A DNA stretch of 64,000 nt from Vicugna vicugna (taxonomy: Eukaryota), in contig MU058844.1 of NCBI GenBank assembly GCA_013265495.1, positions 8,059,260 through 8,123,259 on the forward strand, written 5' to 3'. Of the stretch, positions 27,801 through 40,248 are shown piece after piece. A program made the translations under genes and the position numbers. Position 1 is the stretch's first letter, and each line of letters opens with the position of its first letter. The notes below the pieces were generated by a model that had not been told where the DNA came from, made no database searches, and saw only the letters and a program-made list of their open reading frames with translations.

Positions 27801-30469
27801 TATCACTCATTTAACAGTCATAAATGCACAACTCATAAAGATCTACTTTCAAACAGCAAAAGGAAGCAAGTACATAAAAGGCTAAAGTAAACAGGCAAGA
27901 CCAGAAGTGTCAATGCACAAAATGACATTCCCACACCAGTTCTCTAAGAATGATGACTTCTATGAGTTCTATAGAAAAGAGGACTAGCCCATTCTCCCAA
28001 AGCTCTAATCTTAACTGGATTGGATCCCAACAGGGGATCCTCAGAGGCCATGAAAGGATCTTTCACACTGAACACATCCACTGGACACATATTAGTCACT
28101 AATGAATATTACCAACTAGAAATTATGACTACATTATATGGTTTTAGAGGCATAAACCCATATATCCCATCCATGAGTCCGAAATAATGTTGTCATTCAG
28201 ACGATTTTCATGGTAGGTGGATTAAAACCCACAGAAAAGCTGTATTTTCCTGTGAAATCATCAGGATTGGGGTTTGGATATTCTTCTTTAAGCCTGAACT
28301 TTTAACTTAAAACTTCAGAAGTAAATATCTACTCCAGGCTTAGTTTGGAAATGAGCTGAGAAACAAAGCCACAACCAAAGCATGGCAGGCCTCTAACCAA
28401 AGTACCACTTAGAGCCTCTTGTTTCTAGAATCGCACCACAGAGCCCAAAGGTATGGCACAAAAAGAATTTTAGTGACTGTACTGCTTGCCCCCCAAAAAA
28501 CAATCTCAAAATCATTGTCCCAGAGTGTAAAAGGGTTTGTACACTATCATTAATATACTCATGTTTTCTTTATATAAGCCCAGAAAGTTACCTCTACTTT
28601 AAAACTGTTCTCAACACTCACATGAATATGGACAACATCACTCAAGTTTAACCACCAGAGTGACTGTGACTTGAAACCATCCTTGGAAAATATCCAGATT
28701 ATTTGAAAAGTGAGTAAGTGGAGAAATGAGGTATTCTATACCAGTATTGCAAACCATCCAAACCACCAAAGCTTTATTTGTAAAACTCAAAGAGAGTAAG
28801 CCACCTGATAAAGTAAAACTAGATAGTATCTCAAATATCTCAGGCCTGGTCTTTGCTGGTAGTCTCCTAGTACAGAACTTGAGAAATTTACTTTCTTTTC
28901 CCAAAAAAGAGAAGAGGGGAAAAGAAGAAAAAAATGTTTATCACATTTCTTTAATATACATACTCCCAGTTACAACACAGAGGGCCCCAAACATTATAAG
29001 GCTGTGAGTTTCTCTGCCATCCAGGCAAAGAACTACACTTAAGAAAAAAAGTTGGTTGACACCTCAGTTATCTGCTCTTGTCAAAATCTGACTCTCAACT
29101 ATTGTATTGTATATCTAATCTAGTTCCTTCTTCCTAAACTTACAATTTCTAGAGAAAAAGTTCTCCTAATTAAAATATATGGCTCCACTCCAATGTGAAG
29201 AAACCGAACTGTGACTGAATAAAATGATCAGAGTGGCAGCTATCATTGTCATTTAGAATCCTAAATATAAGACACAATAAAAGCCTCTAACATAGTTCTG
29301 CCCTCAAGAAGAGTTTGTTTGTTTGTTTGTCTTTTATTTTTATGTGTTTCTTTCTATCTACAATTTAATCAAATCAGATTGTGGTTTCTTACTCAGAAAA
29401 CAATATTATCATTTTTAAATCAAAACTTATAGCGTTTGATCCCTATTTAATTTTTTCATAAGCACACATGCGTTTTTTTGCTAGATGGTACCCTGGATGG
29501 TAAGATTCATATTTTCACATTACACATAAATACTGATAGGCAAAATTAAAAAGATGAGATTTCTAACTTAACACCCATATGTATAAAAATAGGGCTCATA
29601 CTTTATCTTAGTCATCTTCCCATAGAGCTACATATAAACAGTCCTCTACATCCAAGTCTCTTCCAGGCATTATATGACTTGGAACATCTCAGGTTTTTCC
29701 ATAATCCCTTGAGACTTAACTGGAATTTTCCTTTATTTCCATGGTCACCAGTAATAGGTGTGCATGTATATTAAGAGTAAAACTAAAAATATGTGTTTGT
29801 CTTCTCAAAAATCTGCTATTTCTGTGACATTATCTATAACTTTATATTACAGCAGAAAATGAACATCTTTTACCCTTCTATATTTTATAAGGGTCAAAAA
29901 TACCTGTAATCTGATTCTGCCTGAGACAGTGCTCTAATACACTTTTTTGGCTTACTTTAGCAGTTTGGTTCCCTTTTGCTGAAGGAGAATTTAAAAATTC
30001 AAAAGTATCAGCTATGTCTTAAACAAACACAACTCTAGTCTCAAATGCAACTTCTAACATAGCTAACTCATTCCTTAATAGAGGCAGATCCAAAGATCTT
30101 TCTTAGGTTTCCCTTTTGGGTAGTATGGTGAAACTCAGAGAGGTTCCCTCCTTGTCCAGAAGACATAAAAAGGCTAGATAGAAAATACAATAGTTGTTAA
30201 TGAATGTATTAACTGATGGGAAAGTAAAGGAAATCTTCAAGTCTAGAAACCACTAGAAAGCAGGAGTCCAGAAGGTTAAACTGTCCTGAAAATGGCATTC
30301 TGCTTATATCTGCGAAACTATGAGGCACCAGGGCTGGGGATTTAATTGGCTTCAAAAGGGAATTCGGACTGCAGCAGCCACACAAACTCAAGCCCCCTGA
30401 AGGGAAGTACTGATCTCACTCAGGAACATGGGTGAAAAGCAAATTTAGAAGACTATAAATACAATATTA

Positions 30470-31140
30470 TAAGTAATGCATTCCAGGAATGCAAAGTAGG
30501 TTCAACCTTAGTAAGTCTATTAATAAGGGAGAGGTATATAGCTCAGTGGTAGAGTGTGTGCTTAGCATGCACAAGGTTCTGGGTTCAATTCCTAGTACCT
30601 CTATTAAAACTGAATATAAAGAAATAAACAAATCTAATTACCTCCCCCAAAAATAAATTTAAAAAAAGAAAGTCTATTAACATAAATCATTAACATAAAT
30701 TAATAGATTCAGTGGTAGGGGATCCCTACCATGATCAATATTATTTCATTAAAAGAAATCTTAAATTAGAAATAAGAGGAAAACTCTACTGATAAAAGCT
30801 CCTACTGAAAAACTTATAAAATGCATCTAACTCATGGTGAAATATTTAAAACATTCTTCTTTAAACAAGGATGAGACAAAAATCCTCCTGTCATCACTTC
30901 TGTTTAACATAGTAACGGAAGTTCTAGCAGAAAATAAGAGAAAACAAGTAAAAGAAAGAAAACTGTGAAATAAGGAGAGGAATGGGGAGAGGTAATCAAA
31001 GACTCTGGTAATGACTTTTTCTTAATCTGCAAAATGGGTTATCTGTTTTAGTAGTATTCTTTAAATGGTACAAATATGATGTGTGTATATATTTCTCGGT
31101 GACTGACACATTTCATGTACTTAATAAAAGAAAAGCAAAG
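30470..31140 (+). mobile_element. Ancient L1 remnant (host of the SINE at 30527)
   Basis: attccaggaatgcaaagtaggttcaac, aaattagaaataagagga, atcacttctgtttaacatagta...gaagttctagc. Confidence 0.65.
30527..30669 (+). mobile_element. Camelid Vic-1-type SINE with TSD
   Basis: tatagctcagtggtagagtgtgtgcttagcatgcacaaggttctgggttcaattcctagtacctc...aaatctaattacctccccc then A tail; TSD aagtctattaa at 30513-30523 and 30670-30680. Confidence 0.92.
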
Positions 31141-34100
31141 AAATGGGAGAGCATTTTAAGAATCAAATACAAAAACCATTACAGACATCAGAATAATGTA
31201 ACTTCATACTTATTTTAGTCATATGTGAGTTTCAGTTCCTTTGAAATATAGCTACTGGTAAAGATATTCAACCTAAGGCAACACATTCTAGGTTTGAGGA
31301 TTTGCAAAAACCCAGAACGATTCCAAGGGTTTCGTTACGGATAATTCCAAAGACAGGGTCAGCAGTATGTCAACTACTTCATCGGTAATATACCATAGGA
31401 CCATTTTCACTGAGTCTATTGTGGTCTGGGTTATTTTTTTTTTTCCCTACACAACTATACTTGCAGGCATTAGAGCTGGAACCAAAGAAAAGATTTATGT
31501 GCCACTCCATTCTTAGAGGCAAGGAAACCATATGCTTTTGAACTTCTGTGACTTAATCCAACCTGAGAAACAACCATAGTTGATTTCCTCAAGACTAAAA
31601 TGTTTAAAGGAGGCCTTAATTTAATAATTTAGCGTATTTAATTTTAAAAATATTTTAGTTGAGCCAATGAGACATTTTCATTTTATTCTTGTTTTATATT
31701 ATTTCATATATATATATTTTTTCACTCACAAGAGACAAACTGATCAGAAAAAAACAATTTCTTTACCGTATGGAAGCCTGGGTCAACTTTGTGTTATTTT
31801 TCTCTTAATCAGCCTTTTTGGGGGCTTTTAGCTAGCTATCTCCTCCCACATTTCTGTTAAAAATGAAAATCTATATTTTCCAGCTTTTTAACTCAGGCCA
31901 GCCAATCTTAACAAAATATTATACTGGTTTTCCTTCCTGACTTAACTGCTAAATTTTATTTTTTTATAAAAATCTGAACCTCTTTTGAAATTTTTTCATC
32001 TTACTTTAGAAGCAACATGACAAATTACCTAAGAAGTATAATAAAATTTATTACACAGTTTCAAAGCGCTGGTTCATTGCAATTTACCACAGTTAAAGAA
32101 GACAGTCAATTAGAGGTAATCAAAAACTTAGACCATAAAATCCACAACAAATTAGTCAAGTTTCACATGACTTAGAGGTTTAGATTTCATTTAAACTATG
32201 AATTGTTTCCTATGTGAAATGATACTCCTTCAACATACTTATTTGTTAAAATCTGAAACCATGTGAAGTTGACACAGAAATGTCAATTTTACAGAAATCC
32301 AGGGGAATAGAAAATTGTCAAATGTGACATGGCTGAAACAACCATTTTGTCTCTGTTTTTCTATATCTAAATGAGAAATATTTTTCATTTGCATAAGGAG
32401 GGGTTGAATATAGGATGTCTGAAGTAATCACCTTGAGTTTCACATATGTGCAACATTCAATATAAATCATTTTTTAATCTACCATTCACATGTTTACATT
32501 GAAGCAGGCATTAAATAAACATTAGCTTGTTAAATTTTCTTTGGATGAACGCTGCTTAATTGTTCCTAATTATTCTAAGAAATTGTTTCCAAACAAAAGT
32601 CATAGTCATACGTTCTTAAAGCAATCATTTTATAGAGCTGATTTGATTTTTAATGTAAAATTTGAAAAAATGTAAATACCTTTTTAGCATACCAGATATG
32701 CTGCCTATATTCTATTGTTCTTTTTTATGTATATGTTCCTGTTTATCCATAATTCTGTTAGTCTGTGCCTATGACCTTTATTAATAAGGAAGTCAGCTAG
32801 TAGGTGGTTTTAGGGAAGACTGGTGATGATTTTGAGAGGCTGACAAATCGTCTAAGTGGAGAAATTCCACACAGATAAGAGGTCACGGGGAGAATAACTT
32901 AGAAATTCAATGACACATTTATTGACCCCCTACAGGTAGTTTTCTAGATTCTATACATAAAGGGAAAAAAGGCAGTCTTTGAACAGAATCTTGAAGAATG
33001 AGTTAGTTTTGGAAGGAGGCAAAACCATACAAGAGAGAGCTGCAGAAAATGAGAGAAAGAGAGTCAACATCATGTAGTGCGCCTTTAAAGCCAATGTAGC
33101 AGAAACCAGTGGTGCCAAATTCTATAAAAGCCAAAGACACCTGGGAATTTAGATGAGACCAGAGGCAAAAGCGAAAGTGATTATACATTTAACCACTCTG
33201 GCATGAATTAAGAAATGCTTTTTTCAAGCAAATACTCATCAACATGGTTAATCAAATACAGTATTTTAAACACACCAAAAAAAAAAAACTTACAAGTATT
33301 ATATGGCTTGCTTATTAAAGCAGTCATCAGAGAAAATTTCCTCTTTCCAAAGCACAAAAATGCAAAGAGTCATTGTGAAATCAGCAAACTATAGTAATCA
33401 ACTATGTCTAGTATTTTCCTGACATTATTAACCACATAATGAGATAGGACTTGTGGTTTACATAGTTCAAATCAGCTATCATTTCTCCACTATCCAGATT
33501 TAAACCATAAATTAGCAACACAGTCCCCATGACAGGCTCTACCCATCATCATTTGCATCCAATCAGCTAATGACTGGCAGCTGTCTGCAGGACCCATCAC
33601 TGAAAGCAGACACTTTCACCTATAATGCTTCATGAGGCTTAAAATCATATTCTGTTAAAGCACATGGTAGACGGAAATACTCCAAGATTTGAAAAGGCTT
33701 TCAAAGGAGTGAAAAAAAAACCAAACCTAATTCAATGAAATAACTGTAATCTCAGACAACCTGACGAAAGACTGACTTTAAAGGGTTTCTGACCATTGGG
33801 CAGGCTCAAATAACATAACAGACTAAGGAAAATCTACCTTAAGGAAGATTACTACCAGTCTCATAATTGCTAAGGAAGTAACTGTAGCCACAGTTATATT
33901 ATTAGCATGTTATAAATAGAAAAATTAAGGAACCTGGATTTCAAGAGCTTTGCATTGTATCAAAATGGAAGCATATGTCACAGAAGGCAGTCAGGGAATC
34001 CAAAGTTAACTCTGCTCCCAGTTCTACCCATCTTATACATGGAACATGCCTCAGTACCTGGTCTGTCAATAGCATACTGTATACTTTCACCTCCTTTAAT

Positions 34101-34149
34101 GCATGTACATCTTATCTCTAAACAGGTTATATCAACTCTTTGAGGAGAA

Positions 34150-34745
34150 GGATTGTGATTGACATTGATTTGTCAGTGTATTCATTACTGAGTCTTCTCT
34201 CTCCTGGGCAGTGTCCTACTCACTACATACATTTTACAAATGCACAATTCCTTGACTTCTTATGTCACACATTTTAGTGTATACTGACAACACATTGAAA
34301 CAGCAGAGATGTAAACATGGAAAACACAGTATGGCAAAAGATAATAAGTGTTATGAGAAAAACAAAGCACAGAAAGAGGATAAAGAATGCTGGATAAGGC
34401 AGCGGAAGAGGAAGAGCTGCAATTTTTTCAAAGGGTGGCCAATTTTACATAAAGTACATTTACTGGGAATGAAACATATGACTGAAGATCTAGAAGAGGT
34501 GAGGGAGACAGAGGTGAGACTATCCTGGGAAACACATTCCAAGAAGAAGCAATGACAACTGCAAAAGCCCTGAGGCAAGAACTTGGGGTCCAGGAGGGCT
34601 GGAGCGAAGGGAAGGCTGGGAGATGTAGTGTGGAGCCTATGACCGTGTGCTTTGACTTTGGGATAAATGAGTGCCCGTGGTGGGTAGGGGCAGTGAATGT
34701 CCTACTCTGGCTTATGTTTCTAAAGAATCATTAGGGCTGTTAATT
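34150..34745 (-). mobile_element. L2 fragment
   Basis: gataataagtgttatgagaaaaacaaagca...actgaagatctagaagaggtgagggag...tgcaaaagccctgagg...gactttgg. Confidence 0.7.
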
Positions 34746-34759
34746 TATAAAAACAGAAG

Positions 34760-35645
34760 CAGGAGTTCAGCTCAGACAGGTAAAAAGCTTGGAACTCATC
34801 ACCCCCATTCCTAGAGCAAGAAAAAGCCAAACTGAAAAATCAATGGCTTTTCTTGGAGTCATCAGTGAATTTAGGTCATAGGGCAAACCATCACCTTGAA
34901 ACTTAGAGAGATAGGAAAATCCAGTCCCGCAGAGATGAGATGACCTGGGGCAGAAGCTGATAGGAACAAGTAACTGGCAATTTTGAGAGTTTCTGGAAGC
35001 TGAAGGTGGACTTGTGAAGTACGAGTGAGAAACCCCTGGAGGCCACAGTCCTAATGCCTCTACTCTTTTGTGGCTTTTACCTCCAAGCACCCCACCAGGT
35101 TCTCACATGGAAGAGCCAAGAAAGGGGCTCTCCTGGCTCTGTAGGAGAGGAAAAATAAACCTTTTGAAATAAGCCCCAGTCCTCCTCCATAACAAAGGTG
35201 TACTTTCTAATGGAGACCTTCCCACAGCCTTTTCCCAAAGCTGTGGCAGACAGGCACTCCCCTCACTCCTGTCCCCTCTGCCCTTCCTGTCCCAACCAGG
35301 AGAGGAAGGGAAAGCAAAGAAATGCTCACAAAGGTTACAGCCCAGAGGCACGAGGATTGAATCATCAAGAGAACACCTCTCCTCCCAACATTTAACCAAC
35401 ACATCTATGGGGTTCGAGGCTCCGAGTTCTTAGGGAAGTCTGAAGACAACAGGGGGGACAAGAACAAGGACCCCAGCACAATATGATGCCTCTGGCACCT
35501 ACAGCTACAGCAAATATTAAACCCCTATCCAACTCCCAGCCAGATTAACATTGAAGCTCACATTAAGCCTATCTGCCTAAGTTCCTATTACCTGACACAT
35601 CATGTATGCCTTTCACTAAAACATTAGGAAGCCATGCTAAAAAGG
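34760..35645 (+). mobile_element. Probable ancient L1 5' UTR fragment inserted within L2
   Basis: More GC-rich block splitting the L2 (L2 resumes at ~35655); ends with L1M 5'-like aacatcatgt...aaacattaggaagccatgctaaaaagg. Confidence 0.45.
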
Positions 35646-35654
35646 AAGAAAACA

Positions 35655-35970
35655 GAAAGCAGGGAGATCAAGTGAGAGGCCTTTAGTAATAATCTGATGC
35701 GAGACGATGGTGGCTTGGGGCCATGATGGGAGACACGGAGGTGGTAAAACGTGGTGAAGTTCTGGATGTACTTTTGAAGACGGAGCAGAGAGGATTTGCT
35801 GATGAAAAGAACGTAGGATACAGGGGAAAAAAAAAAGAGGAGGTATGGATGGATGACTTCTAAGTATTGGTCAGAGCTTGGGGGAAAATGGAATTGCCGT
35901 CAACTGGGATGGTAAATGCTGCAGTTGGCTGGGATGCAGGTTGGGAAGGGAGGTTATATAAGAATTCAAT
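35655..35970 (-). mobile_element. L2 fragment (continuation)
   Basis: gtaataatctgatgcgagacgatggtggcttgg...tctggatgtacttttgaag...ggatttgctgatg...ggatgacttc. Confidence 0.75.
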
Positions 35971-35973
35971 TTT

Positions 35974-36100
35974 GGGGAAGAGTGTGTGGGTATAGCTCAG
36001 TGGTTGAATGCATGTTTAGCATGTACGAGATACTGGGTTCAATCCCCAGTGTCTCCATTTAAAAAAAAAAAAAAGAAAGAAATTTTAAAAGCAAATTCAC
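35974..36100 (+). mobile_element. Camelid Vic-1-type SINE with TSD
   Basis: gggtatagctcagtggttgaatgcatgtttagcatgtacgagatactgggttcaatccccagtgtctccattt then poly-A; TSD aagaattcaa at 35960-35969 and 36101-36110. Confidence 0.92.
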
Positions 36101-36389
36101 AAGAATTCAACTTTTGATATCTCAAAGGGCTTATACTACTGATCGGTTGTGTTAGGAGTACCTAAATACTATAGCACTTCTTAGGTAATAGGGAGGAGAC
36201 ATGGAAATGTACTGGAAACCAAGGAAATGTTTAATAATTATTTTACTGAGTGAATGGATAAATGAAGAAATAATCAAGCATTTTAACCATGTCACCAGAG
36301 TAACCCCAGCAAAGTCAGAATCATAACTGCCAGCGGTATGTCATATAGGAGTTTACAGAACGCTTTCGCCTTCTCTGGGACAGAGACTG

Positions 36390-36835
36390 CTGCTTAGACC
36401 AGCATCCCAACATTTGCCCTCTTCTTCAGGAGTAATAAAATGTGGCTGGGTACTTGGCTTCCCAGAATAAAGATAATATTTCCCAGCCTCCCATGCACAT
36501 AGGTGTGGCCAATAGTCTGGGAGCAATTTCTGTGGTATGCTCTTGAACAGAATGGGTACACCCACCATTTGCCCTTTCTCTCCCTCTTCCTGTTAGCTGA
36601 AGTGCTGATGTGATAATGAGGTATCCTGGACCATGTGGACAGGGTGACAGTACTGAGATGGCAAGGGAACAAAAGCGAAGGAACAGGGATCCTGAAAACC
36701 CATGGCGCCATCTTATCAGCTCAAGACCGCACACGCTCAGATTGCTACATGAAAGAATAAAGCTTCTATCGTATTTAAGCCACTGTTATCTTGGCTCTTC
36801 GTTACAGTAGCTTAACCTGAAACTTAACCAATAAA
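36390..36835 (+). mobile_element. MLT1 (MaLR) LTR, old subfamily
   Basis: tatttcccagcctcccatgca...ggtgtggcca...aataaagcttctatcgtatttaagccactgtta...ttacagtagct. Confidence 0.75.
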
Positions 36836-38348
36836 TTTAATAAATCCTGAGAACAACCGTGCTATGAAATTAACATGCTGGAGTTTTTCTTTTAATTCCC
36901 TAGCATGGATCTCTTTTAAACACCAAGAAAATAAACTGGCAACATAGCCTTGTTTTATATACATATATCTACCAGTAAAGAAAACTAGCTGAAAAGCCTT
37001 CTGAGAGAACTGATCGCAACAATTTTTACGGCAAGATTTGGGTTCAGGCACTCAATAAACTGTGCAGCACTCACAACCTACAAAAGGCACATGGTAAGGA
37101 TTTTTCCATAAGAATTCAGGAATTCTATGCTAGGTACTAGTTCAATTTTAATGTTTCTACTCCCAAGAAAATCCCTGCAATCTATTAAGCATTATAAGTA
37201 CCAACAATTAGTCCCTTGGCTTAAAGAAATGTATAGTTGCCCACTGAATTCTTGACTTAATTGGTAATCATATAAGGATGCCAAAGTTGTTTCTGGGGTG
37301 TCCAAATCTTTGGATATATATCAGCAGGCCACTTCACTCACTTGGAACAGTTTCATACTTTCAATATTTGACTACTGGTACAGAACTGTGTTGGAAAAAA
37401 GTAGAAAAAGCCATGTATAAATGCTACGCAAGCAACCGTAATTTAAAGGATAAATCACTGAAAAATGGCTTATGAAGAACAAGATTCCCTGGCACTCTGT
37501 ACTTTGATATATTTCTGCTCTTAAAATGTACATTTATTTTCATTCAACTGCTCTCTAGCTTCCATCATCATTTCATTGCCTAAACCAGAGAAACCACTGT
37601 TAACAGCTTGTTGACTATTCATTTATGCTTTAAAGTCTCCTTTCTACTCTAATGACAGATTCTGAGATTTGGTAAAATAATTTTCTACATCAAAAACAAT
37701 AATGAAAAAGATGCTCAATCTTCCCTTGTATAGCGAAAAGTGTATTTCCTTAAGTGACTTTAAGGATTCAAAGCAGAATATGCTAACTGTTTCGCAACAC
37801 CCAGATTATTGAGCCTCTGCAAAGCTAAGGGTGAATCACTCTTGCACGCGTGCACACTGACGCCTACCGACACGATGCCAAGACTCAAAGGTAGCCTTAC
37901 CTCCAAATCTCTTAAAGATGTCAGTGTAAGCCTTGTGGTATTTCCTCAGGTGATGTTTGGAAAACGGAAGAGCTAAAGTATACTTACGTAGGATAACCTG
38001 ACTTCTATTACATGATGAAAAGAGATGTCGTCCATATCAGTATTTTAAACTGTGGCAACCAAGCATTTTTCTAAATTCTTATGATAGTATTTTTACACAA
38101 CAGGATTGCTACTCCTCTGGACAAATATAGTCAGGAACATAGGGAAACACATCCCTGTCCCAAATATGGAATGCTGGATATGCCTCTAAAGCAGCTGTAC
38201 TGCTCTCTCTTAAAAAAAACCAGAAAGATACAGGTATTACATAATAGGACCTCTTCTTCCTTAATGCTGTGTTTTAAGGCAAGAAGTAAAGATATAAAAA
38301 GGCAGAAAGAGTAAACTGTCCAGGCAAAAGCATAAAATAAAATATTAC

Positions 38349-39177
38349 CTTTGGCAGGGTTTACTTTTATCCCTGACCTATAGAGCATTTCCTCATTCTG
38401 CCAGTCTCCATTCCTGATTGCGGTCTTGAGTCCATAGAAAACAATTAATGTAGCCGTTGCATAAAAAATCAAGGTCTTGAGAAACCGCTTTTGGACTTTG
38501 ACATAAAGGGCTCTGGCACCCACAGTAATGAGGAGGCAGAAGCCCATACTAGGAATGTACAATACTCGCTCTGCAATTACAAAGCCGACATAGAAAAACA
38601 GGTTCGTGGCAGGAACAAAGGGTATTACTAACAAAGATAAAGACAGAACAACAATGTTCTCCGTAGAAGGAAGCTGTGTTCTCTGTGATGCATTATTTTT
38701 AATGCCATTTTCTACTTTGGATGCAAAGCTGGGCTTAATCTCTGAGTTCCGGTACTCCACGTCTGAATGGCAGCTATGTCCATTTGCATTCTGCTTGCCG
38801 TTTGTTACAAATTTCCCGTTGCATTCTCTTTCTACGCTTGGGCTCTTCAAACAGTAGTAGGCGAGGAGGAGGAGTCCAGTATAGAAGGCCACAGTGTGTA
38901 GGTTTCTCCAATCACAAACTGTTTTGAGCAGAGGCACGGCATCCATCGACCAATCAAAACTGAGGGTGTCTGGGCATAGCAACAGCCAGAGGTTCTTGGT
39001 TGGCAAGTAGAAGAAGGTGAGCGTGCGAGCCAGGAGGCTGTCCGAATCAGCGGCTGGGTTGTCAGAGTTGGAAAAGCTTGGTGGTTTGTTTCCCATCCAG
39101 TATAAACGGGCACCCAAAAGGAAAGTCCCCCAGAAAGTTAACAAACTAATGCTGAGAAAAAGAGACAAGTTCTTCCT
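38349..39177 (-). CDS. TMTC2: TMTC2 internal coding exon (probably exon 3), 829 nt, phase 0 to phase 1; TM helices, DUF1736 region and start of the luminal region
   Basis: Translates RKNLSLFLSISLLTFWG...SFSNSDNPAA...YLPTKNLWLLLCPDTLSFDWSMDAVPLL...NLFFYVGFVIAERVLYIPSMGFC...RNGDWQNEEMLYRSGIKVNPAK, recognisable as TMTC2. Acceptor ttttttccccctctcttttgatttcag|AGG (CAG = complement of 39178-39180); donor AAAG|gtaata (GT = complement of 38348-38347). Confidence 0.97.
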
Positions 39178-39339
39178 CTGAAATCAAAAGAGAGGGGGAA
39201 AAAAATTAAGATCATCATCAGTACAGTATTGGAAGACTTTACTTAACACTTAGAGATGAAAAATACTTTTAAATGAACCTTTAAAACACAGCAATAGGTT
39301 TCAAATATGTGACTTCACTTCCATCTCCTTTAAACATGC

Positions 39340-39600
39340 TTATGGATATTTTGAGCTTAAGAAAATGGACTGTGGGATCCTATGCTGTATGTAACTTTTG
39401 ATGAGTATCTTTTCTTCTTGTTCCTCTCTAAAATACCAATAACCAAACCTTCAATTTCTTGACCTCTATAAAATGGGTTGAATACATTCCCCTTTCCCTC
39501 TTGGAATTGGTGCCATGTCAAAATGAGACCATGATGCAGAAGTACTTAGCACTCTATATGAGATATAATAGACGTCTAGTGATTGTCTTCCTTCATTTTA
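39340..39600 (+). mobile_element. MIR SINE
   Basis: ccttcaatttcttgacctctataaaatgggttgaata...aaaatgaga...gtacttagcac. Confidence 0.65.
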
Positions 39601-40248
39601 TAGTTTAAATTCCGGGGAAAACAAAGAACAGACATGCCAAAGAATATGCAGCATATAGGATTCTGCATGGCTCAAAGGAGAAATGGCATTTAGCAACAGG
39701 CATCCCCTGCTTTCCAAAAATTCACTTTGTGCCACTTTGCTTTTTACAAAAGCCCGAAAGTAGTACCTGTTTTTGTTAACAGAACAAAACCAAAAAATCC
39801 AAGGATTTTCACTATTACAAAAAAAGGTGAAGCGTGTAATAGGTTCAGCATTTGTTTTTTCAGGGGGCCATTTATAGAGGCGGTACGTACCCCAAGCACT
39901 GAAAGTGACACTGCCAAGTTTCTTCCTCGAGAACTTCACTCAGCATCTCAGCATCAGGCTGTCATAGCTTTGAACTGTGAGCATTTGAATTTTATCTTGA
40001 TTTATTTTATGCATCATTTAGCAAGGTGTGTCCAAGGTAACTGTTCTTTGCTTTACGCCATTTCAGCTTACAAAAGGTTCCACAGGAACAATCTACTTTC
40101 GGATAATGAGGAAAACCTCTATGCCTATGCCAGTCCCCATATAACTGTCTTGATTCTCCTTGTAGAATTTATAAACCGGATTTCATCTGCTACTCTGGTA
40201 CTCTCAATGACATCAGTGACATCAAACATTTAATAAGACTCCCTGTGA

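Larger units (their letters stand above)
19426..38348 (-). other. TMTC2: TMTC2 intron between the two exons (18,923 nt, GT-AG, phase 1)
   Basis: Canonical ends; splicing gives AAA G|CC TGG (K-A-W) in frame. Confidence 0.92.

Noticed and set aside
30538..30602. tRNA-Ala-like genes (also at 14756, 35990, 44121, 55120)
   Set aside because: Diverged stems, A-rich tails and TSDs show they are SINEs, not tRNA genes.
38131..39168. 345-aa ORF as a standalone gene
   Set aside because: It is a spliced internal exon (39177-38349). The TTG start and the last 72 codons come from ignoring splice sites.
39727..40233. 168-aa + strand ORF (and overlapping 113-aa - strand ORF)
   Set aside because: The + ORF starts at TTG; neither has a recognisable domain, and both are intronic. 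Consistent with chance.
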